Assembly (NCBI GenBank): GCA_000320545.1
Contig: ADNK01002731.1
Coordinates: forward strand, 1-64,000
DNA length: 64,000 bases
Source of the DNA: Bigelowiella natans CCMP2755
Lineage: Eukaryota; Protista; Cercozoa
Direction of reading: 5' to 3'
Below are positions 56,541 to 64,000 of the stretch, piece by piece. How positions within the stretch are numbered: position 1 is the first letter of the stretch; each line of letters starts with the position of its first letter. The translations under genes were made by a program, and so were the position numbers. The notes below the pieces were generated by a model. It was not told where the DNA came from, did no database searches, and saw only the letters and a list, made by a program, of their open reading frames with translations.

Positions 56541-56945
56541 CACAAGTCCGTCAAACCCGGTAACGACGGGGTTGTGAACAATGCAGCGCTTTGCGACGCG
56601 TTTTGAAGCAGCAGGCAGTTGCAGTTGGTCAAAGAAAAGTCATCAGAACTTGTCCGATGGCCAAACCTGAAAAAATGACCGAAATGTTGACCAAAATGTC
56701 CATTTTCAAGGCCTCAAAGTGTGAAAATTCACACCCGTTGTGTAGCGGATGCACGCTGCGCGATTGTTCTCTGCCACATTTTGAATGGTTTTGCGTGTGC
56801 GTTTGACCAAATGTGATGTGCACGAAAAATTTCAAAGAAATGCGAGCAAATCCAATGTCCATTGCATCACATGACGCGCTTGGTCGCGCGCAAAAGCTTC
56901 CAAATGCACATTCTGGCGATTCGTTACAGGTTTGACGGACTTGTG
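56541..56945. mobile_element. Non-autonomous TIR element (MITE), 405 bp, CACAA...TTGTG ends
   Basis: Left end CACAAGTCCGTCAAACCCGGTAACGA; right end reverse complement CACAAGTCCGTCAAACCTGTAACGA (outer 17 bp identical). AT flanks both sides (possible 2-bp target-site duplication). No transposase is encoded. Confidence 0.85.
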
Positions 56946-57339
56946 ATTGTGTCTGCTCTTGCACATCAACGTGTTGAGGTAATATAGTGCTTGTACGCAC
57001 GTAACATTTTTGCATCGTGTGACCTAGGCGACATGGCATCGTTGGCAACTATCTTCTCAATTATTGCGTGTCGCTGTGCTATCGCACGTACGCATATGTG
57101 CGTAGTCAATGTGTATTGTTCATCGAAAGACGATCTGTTGCATGCAGCACTCCAGCGCTCGCTCCGTACATCATAACTATTGGGCGGTTACTATAATGAT
57201 CGCCAAATATGTAAATAAGCACACACACACACATGAACACACATATGATGAGTGTCTAGCACATATATTGTATCTACAGTTTTTCTTCATGTTTACATAA
57301 TCTATGGTCTACATGCTGAACTGTTTGCTAAACGAAGTA

Positions 57340-58354
57340 TCATCCTAATCTTCTATTTCTTGTTCCTGGGCTATTATTCGCAATAAAATGAGGACCTGCA
57401 GCAAAGAAAGAGGGGAGGGAACAATATTAACTATTGATCATCGGTATAAACAATTTTCCACTACTTGAGAATGATTGATTTATTAGCATTAATACACTAC
57501 GTGGCATCGTCCATGTTGGAACGCTTTTTAGCTCGTCTATACTGTCTGTTGATCTGCACAGAGAGAGGGGGAAGGAGGGTTTGAACCCAAAACACAACAA
57601 TAACTGCTTAATATCTACTATCTGTCACCTGCATTAGTTACAACTACAACATGTGATAACATGAATATTCGTCATCTTCAATAGGCTGCTGCTTAAATTT
57701 GATTGTTTAAAGCTACAACAAAATCCTACAATACAGCCTCTTCTTAGTAATTGTGTAAGTTTTGCTTCATTACTATTATGTCATCACTTATTTGTGAAAT
57801 CATGGATGAATCATCGCATTATTATGTAGCTTTCAAACAACCTTCCTCTTTTCCTTTGATGAGCAGGAAGTGGCCTCCAAGTTCCTGACGAAGATAGTGA
57901 TAGGGATAATATCATTTTCATGAGATGGTGATGACCCAATAAGAGATGATATCCGTATGCATGTATCAGGTCAACAGTTTTGTTGGTATTGTTACTATAA
58001 TAATTATTATTATTATCATTATGATCACTCGTAGAGAGAAATGAATAATCGTCAATACACATAGCCCTCTAGCTAGTTGTTTGTGTAGCAGCAGCCTTAC
58101 GGAATGAAGGTGTCTTCTCCTCATGTTCCCAACATTGTTTACAATGCTCTATCGTCAAATCTTGCCGTGTAATCATCCCTGAGTAGTGTAAATTAAGAAG
58201 TAGACAACCGATCTCACAACATATGATGATGATAATACACAATGGGAGGAGGGAGGAGGAGGAGGAGGAGGAGGAGGAGAAGCATGCAAGTAAGCACTCG
58301 ACTGTACGCCTTATATATGACCGATTACCATCATCATCATTATGTATATATGAA

Positions 58355-58389
<35 letters not shown>

Positions 58390-58907
58390 GTACCGATAAT
58401 ATCGCCCTGAGTGTCTACTACGCATAAATGCCTTAATCCCATTTGCCGAAACAGTTGATATACGTGCCACACCTGATTGATGTTCATAACGACAACAATG
58501 CCAACAACGACGTGCGTGCATGAGCATCAACGAATGGGTGGTGTGTGTGTGATGATCAACCATTAGTGACACTTATTATTGCCACCATTGCAGCATTTTC
58601 CATCATCTATCTATCGATATATCTACTATTCCGTATTTCCAAAGAATAAACAGCATATAAATGCAACCTACCGAAGCTGTTGGTAAGACACGGTGGGGGG
58701 TGAGATTCATGAAAATAGAGAAATCCACAATGTATCTGAGAAGTAGTAGTAGTAGTTGTAGTAGTAGTAGTAGTAGTTGATAATTAGAATACCAATGATA
58801 GCATTTAAGCATCAACAAACAAACACACACACACACACACATACACATACACACGCGCACGCAAACAGTCTCCTGAGAGAGAAACAATCTATGATGGAAA
58901 ACAGTCT

Positions 58908-58940
<33 letters not shown>

Positions 58941-60394
58941 TTACTTCTGCTATAGTATACATGGTTGTTAAATAATAGCAAACTTACTGTTTTTCGACTT
59001 CATTGAGTCTAAGATTCTCTACAGCAGGGAAATGCGGATATCTGTGCATGGGTAGTATGGTAATCATCAAATAACACATCAAGAAGAAGAAGAGAACAAG
59101 AATAGCAATTCAACGTAGGCAGAAGACTTTGGAGGGAAAAATAACATGATCGACATCTTCGCAGTTGTTGTTGTTGATGATGATGATGATGATACCACTA
59201 ACGCACTTTTCATGCTACATCAGAATTTTGACAAGAAGTGAATTATATTTGGCAATATGCTACTATGATGTGGATGGTGATACTACGTTCGATTGAGGTC
59301 ATCCCAATTCAACTCCACGTTTTCACCGCCTATAAACACACAACAACAACCAACAACAACAACAACAACACGCTCCTTATTATCATTACATGATGCAGCA
59401 GTATATTATCACTGAGATGATGACAATCATGACAACGGTAAGCGTTCATCTTAACACGGCGACGTCAAAATAAATATAGGATGACATCTTGCAAAGGAAA
59501 ACCATCATTCTCTCTCTTTATTATCATACATGTTAACTACACCATCATTTACCATGCTGCTATAAGTAACAACTACATACAACTACTACTACTTTTAGCA
59601 GCGGTCCCAGGAGGAGTGAGAACTTTCTCTCGCAACCGTTCAGATAACATTGCACCTGAAACATGCATGATACCGGGCAATGACGATGACGAATGGTTTG
59701 AGAGGATGGATTGAATAAAGTGAAGAAGAAGAAAGGGATGAACATGAGAATAATAACGATAATCGGTGATGATCCCAATGCATGCACCGTTTTGGCTAAA
59801 AACTATCATCATTTCCACTGAGAGCGCCACTACGTTGTTTGATCTATGCTTCTCACTCATTTCATGAATCATCCCCATATTTTATCGTTGTTCTTAAGGG
59901 TTACTGTATTTTTCCTTAGGACACTGTACATATACTACTACTACAACAACTATTACAACAACTACAACTACAACTACTATTACTAATACTACGCACATAC
60001 ATATGTGTTTCCGAAGTATAATCCCCACAAGGCGCCTCTTTGTAGTCGATCCTGTTATTAGCCGTAGATGATTGATATACTAGCATCTATTCTGGTGCTT
60101 GTGGTGATGATGTGCTTTTATCTTCTCCTCCTCCTCCTCCTCCTCCCCCTCCCCCTCCCTCATCATCATCATCATCATCATCATCAACAACAATATCGTC
60201 ATAACCACCATCCTTCCCCATCATAATCTTTATCATATAAGCGGTACCAGCATATGCGTCGTGTTAATGCTTTATCTTACTTAGTACCATCACACTCACA
60301 AATAACAACAAATACAAAACACTCTGCAGCTGCTAACCCTATTCAATACTAGTAGTGACGACGACTATACTGCGATTAATTAACAATAAATAAA

Positions 60395-60441
<47 letters not shown>

Positions 60442-60685
60442 AGGACCTGTTACCACAGTATTTACGATAGGAAAGCCGTTGTGTTTGTGGGTACTTAATA
60501 TCTGATGATAATGATAATGATGATGATGACGCCAAATAATAACATGGGTGGGGTGAGAGGAGGAGGAGGAGGAGAAGGAGGAGGAGGGTTGTTTTTCCCT
60601 TGTTCATTTTCTTTCACTATCAGTCCTGTAAGTAATCTGCTGCCAACGTTCTACTACTACTACTACTATTACATCATCACTTTTT

Positions 60686-60728
<43 letters not shown>

Positions 60729-61348
60729 GTAGTATTTGTAGTAGTAGTCTTATTACCCGCAAGAGGCTCTCTGCGCGCACCCGAAGCTCCAAACAGATTG
60801 GATTATACGACATTACCTTATGATGATGATGATGATGATGATGATGATTGATGATGATTGATGATGATTGATGATGATGATGACGGTGGTGATGATAAGA
60901 TGCCGTCTATGAATCATGATGAAACTTCCCCAAATCCAATCTGGTATCATAGCTTTCCACCATGATTATGATGATCACTTTTGCTATCTTTTCATTATTA
61001 TCATTTGCCATCTTTCTCTCTCTTTCACACTACTACAACTACTACAACTACTACTACTACAAAAACAACAACAAAAACTAAATATATATTCGATGACTTA
61101 CATCACGTGCTCTCAGCGATTGATACCAAGTAGGAGGATCCCACGGTAAGAAAGGAACCTGATCAACACAACAACAACAACAACAACAAGAAATAATGGC
61201 ATTAAAGAATATAGAGCAGGAGGCGGCAGAAGCATCTCATTACCCTCTCATTACCCCCTCATTATCCATAAAACCAAACATAAGAAAAGGAAACAGCATT
61301 CTTCATCATCATTACCATCATGGTACTGAAAGAGGTAGCTACTATTAT

Positions 61349-61384
<36 letters not shown>

Positions 61385-61409
61385 GTAGTACGAACATGTC
61401 GAAGCTCTG

Positions 61410-61444
<35 letters not shown>

Positions 61445-61474
61445 GAGTAGTAGTACGAACATGTCGAAGCTCTG

Positions 61475-61509
<35 letters not shown>

Positions 61510-61953
61510 GAGGAGTAGTACGAACATGTCGAAGCTCCATGTGAATATCATAGAGCCCTTCATTAATCTTTCCACGTGGTGTTGGGTTAGCACCATATCA
61601 TCAAATAAAGGAAGAAGCAGGAGCAGCAGCAAAAGAAGGAGGAGGAGGAGCAAGGAGACGCACATACAAGTATTTTTGTTGTTGTCTCAGAATATGTGTG
61701 AGGGGATAATAGCAAGGAGATGTTAATCAGTAGTTGATAATAATAACATGGGTGCTTGCTTTCTTTCTTTCTCACTATATAATAATACCCCCTACTACTA
61801 CTTATCACCCGGGTACTCCTCCCCTCTCTCCCCCCCCCAATTCTTGGTTGTGGTGTTGTGCTGACCAAATGCCCACACGTGCGTGCTGCTAATGCTGTCA
61901 GGAATACTGGTAAACCAAACTGCACTACGCCTGTAATAGTTATGATAATGATA

Positions 61954-61987
<34 letters not shown>

Positions 61988-62690
61988 GAACAAGAAAAAG
62001 AAGAACAAATGGTCTCTCTTTAAAACACCATCAATCGGTATGATGTGAAGGATGATCTATAATAACTATTTGATGGGAAAATATTGTAATATTTAAACGA
62101 TAGCACTTATTACGTGCGTGAAGACGTGTGTTTCATCATACACCGGGACAATCGCTGCTGCTACTATTGCTACTGGTGATGTGTGACTTTGGTATTGATG
62201 CTGCCTTACCACTACTACTACTACTACTACTACTATTAATCCCCAAACATGCACCCACCATTATTTTCCATCTCATCGATAACTCACTACACAGGAAAAC
62301 AACACGAATAACAACGACAATAACCTGTTGTCTCAATGATGATCAAAGTGAGTGATATCGTCATCCTTGTCACACCTTCATTATATGCATCATAACAACC
62401 GACTCAATGATCAGTGCATACAGCTCATGTTAGATATTACGCTAATTTTCGTCTTCTTCATTCTTCTTCTTCTTTTTCTTCTCGTTGTGATTAGATTATG
62501 TGACAAGCAGCCCAATACTGCTAATAATACCCTACCTCCAAGCATTGCAGCACTGCCAATAAGAGCATAAGCACCGTGCTCTGCTACCTATTTTATCACA
62601 TCATATCAATATTCACAAAGGAGTAGGAGGAGGGGGTGAGGACAAAGAGAAAAAACAATGACAACAATTAAGAGGTCAACAACCACATAC

Positions 62691-62725
<35 letters not shown>

Positions 62726-63031
62726 GAATAAAAACCATGAACTCTATTCACCTCAATTCCCAACATCATTTGGAATGATCCTAGAAGATAACCACTTAAC
62801 CGTCCTATAGACGATAACGGATGATGATGATGATGATGGTGATGATGGTGATGATGTTGGAAAAAGAAAGGGGTAAACAAGAGAACAATAATAGAATTGG
62901 AAGGGAAAGCTCTCAGGAGTAGTATGATGGTAATAATGATGATGATGATGTTGTTGCTAGATACCCAACACTGCACCCGAGAGAATAAGCGGTACAAACA
63001 TCCCTGTAATAGTACAAGTAGTAGTAGTGGT

Positions 63032-63063
<32 letters not shown>

Positions 63064-63306
63064 TAGTGTGGATTAATATAGAGATGGTGATGATGACGAT
63101 GATGACGATAATGACGATGATGATGATGATGTTAGTCTGGTAAATTACTTACTTACCAGAAGGGATTGCTATACCATACACCAAGCACATAAATGCAAGA
63201 TAAGGTACCAAAAACACTACTAGTGCAGATGGGGGCAGGTTGCAGTGGCTGATAACATATCAATAAATAAATAAATATAACACTGGAAATATAACCATAA
63301 GCAAAA

Positions 63307-63342
<36 letters not shown>

Positions 63343-64000
63343 GAGGAGGAGGAATAACTGGCCAAAATGGTATTATTATCAAGAAAGACCGAATGCGCAA
63401 AACACTAGATAATGTCAGTAGAGCATAAGTAATTCATTGTTGTATAGACAATCACTGCTTGGCAATACAGCATGAGTAATGTGTGGGGAGGACCAATCAA
63501 TCAACAATATTACCTTGAGATGTGATCATTTGATGGCTCATAGTAAAGAAAACGTATTGCATTCTCAGGGGAATTAAAAAATATTGTAGCCAAAACATGG
63601 TATTTGCCTAAGGTTATTGAAGGAGAATGATGATGATGATGATGATGATGAAGCATAGTTATAATGATCATCATAGTAGCAATAACAAATGAATGCAAAT
63701 ATATGCTTTTCTTTATCAATTAATTACCATCCGGGCAATAGAATTGCGTTGTGTACCTATTATTATTATTATTAGTATTATTATCATTATTTAAATTGAG
63801 GAGGAGGGTCATGCAAATCACCTCACCAACCACACATTTAGTGGGGCAAACCAACCAAACAAATCTACATACAGTCTAATAATACAACAACAACAACAAC
63901 TCAATTATTGCTTCCTTCATCACCTTTTTTTCTATGATATGAATTATTTTTCAGTGAAAAGCATCATTTACCATCATCATCATCATGATCATCAAAGGCA
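57340..64000 (-). CDS. CLC family chloride channel/antiporter (CLC-6/7-like) with CBS domains, 5' part outside the window
   Basis: YGIAIPSGMFVPLILSGAVLGRL, GAYALIGSAAMLGGVTRMTISLTLIIIETTG, NEGLYDIHMELRHVPFL, FMNLTPH, LFRQMGLRHLCVVD, GMITRQDL. Confidence 0.88.
61385..61537. repeat. Three copies of GTAGTACGAACATGTCGAAGCTC separated by (CTA)n, overlapping a CLC exon end
   Basis: Seen directly. On the minus strand the unit is GAGCTTCGACAT|GTTCGTACTAC, which is the exon 3' end plus the splice donor. Confidence 0.85.

Larger units (their letters stand above)
1..64000. repeat. Pervasive microsatellites (CA, TA, GA, ATC, TAG, GAG, AAC, AAG), mostly intronic
   Basis: Numerous runs of roughly 20-45 nt, for example 2536-2586, 11948-12000 and 25570-25705. 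Confidence 0.95.

Noticed and set aside
61385-61537. Repeat-spacer pattern resembling a CRISPR array
   Set aside because: It lies in a eukaryotic intron, the spacers are (CTA)n, the repeat is a copy of the exon end and there are no cas genes.
2536-63340. Similar maximum length (about 30-45 nt) of many microsatellites
   Set aside because: This may reflect collapse during short-read assembly and cannot be judged from the sequence alone.
1-64000. Hundreds of short ORFs with poly-M/H/S/V or CVCV/YIYI tracts
   Set aside because: They are translations of intronic microsatellites or antisense frames of real exons.

Overview
Intron-rich, microsatellite-rich eukaryotic nuclear DNA. Two genes carry signal-peptide plus transit-peptide-like leaders, which suggests an alga with a complex plastid (chlorarachniophyte-like; inference). 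I reconstructed about 14 spliced genes by hand: a TcdA-TatD fusion, a glutathione S-transferase, a UbiE-like methyltransferase, a compact DOT1-like methyltransferase, a C2HC zinc-finger protein, a nicotinamidase fused to an EFCAB10-like docking/EF-hand module, a diaminopimelate decarboxylase ending in a CaaX box, TPPP/p25, a myristoylated unknown protein, a presequence-bearing Aha1 N-domain protein, a low-complexity protein, a cNMP-binding protein, a CLC channel and one partial gene. There is also a 405-bp CACAA-ended MITE. The strongest unexplained signal is a set of sharply bounded islands almost free of TpA (8351-9296, 14986-16166 and the MITE interior). The few surviving TpA lie in CTAG or half-protected CTA/TAG contexts, and CpA, TpG and CpG are abundant. 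This looks like a targeted TpA-to-CpA/TpG mutator, opposite in direction to fungal RIP, acting downstream of gene 3' ends and on a transposon. Most entries in the supplied ORF track are microsatellite artefacts. Exon boundaries and counts are manual and were not computed.
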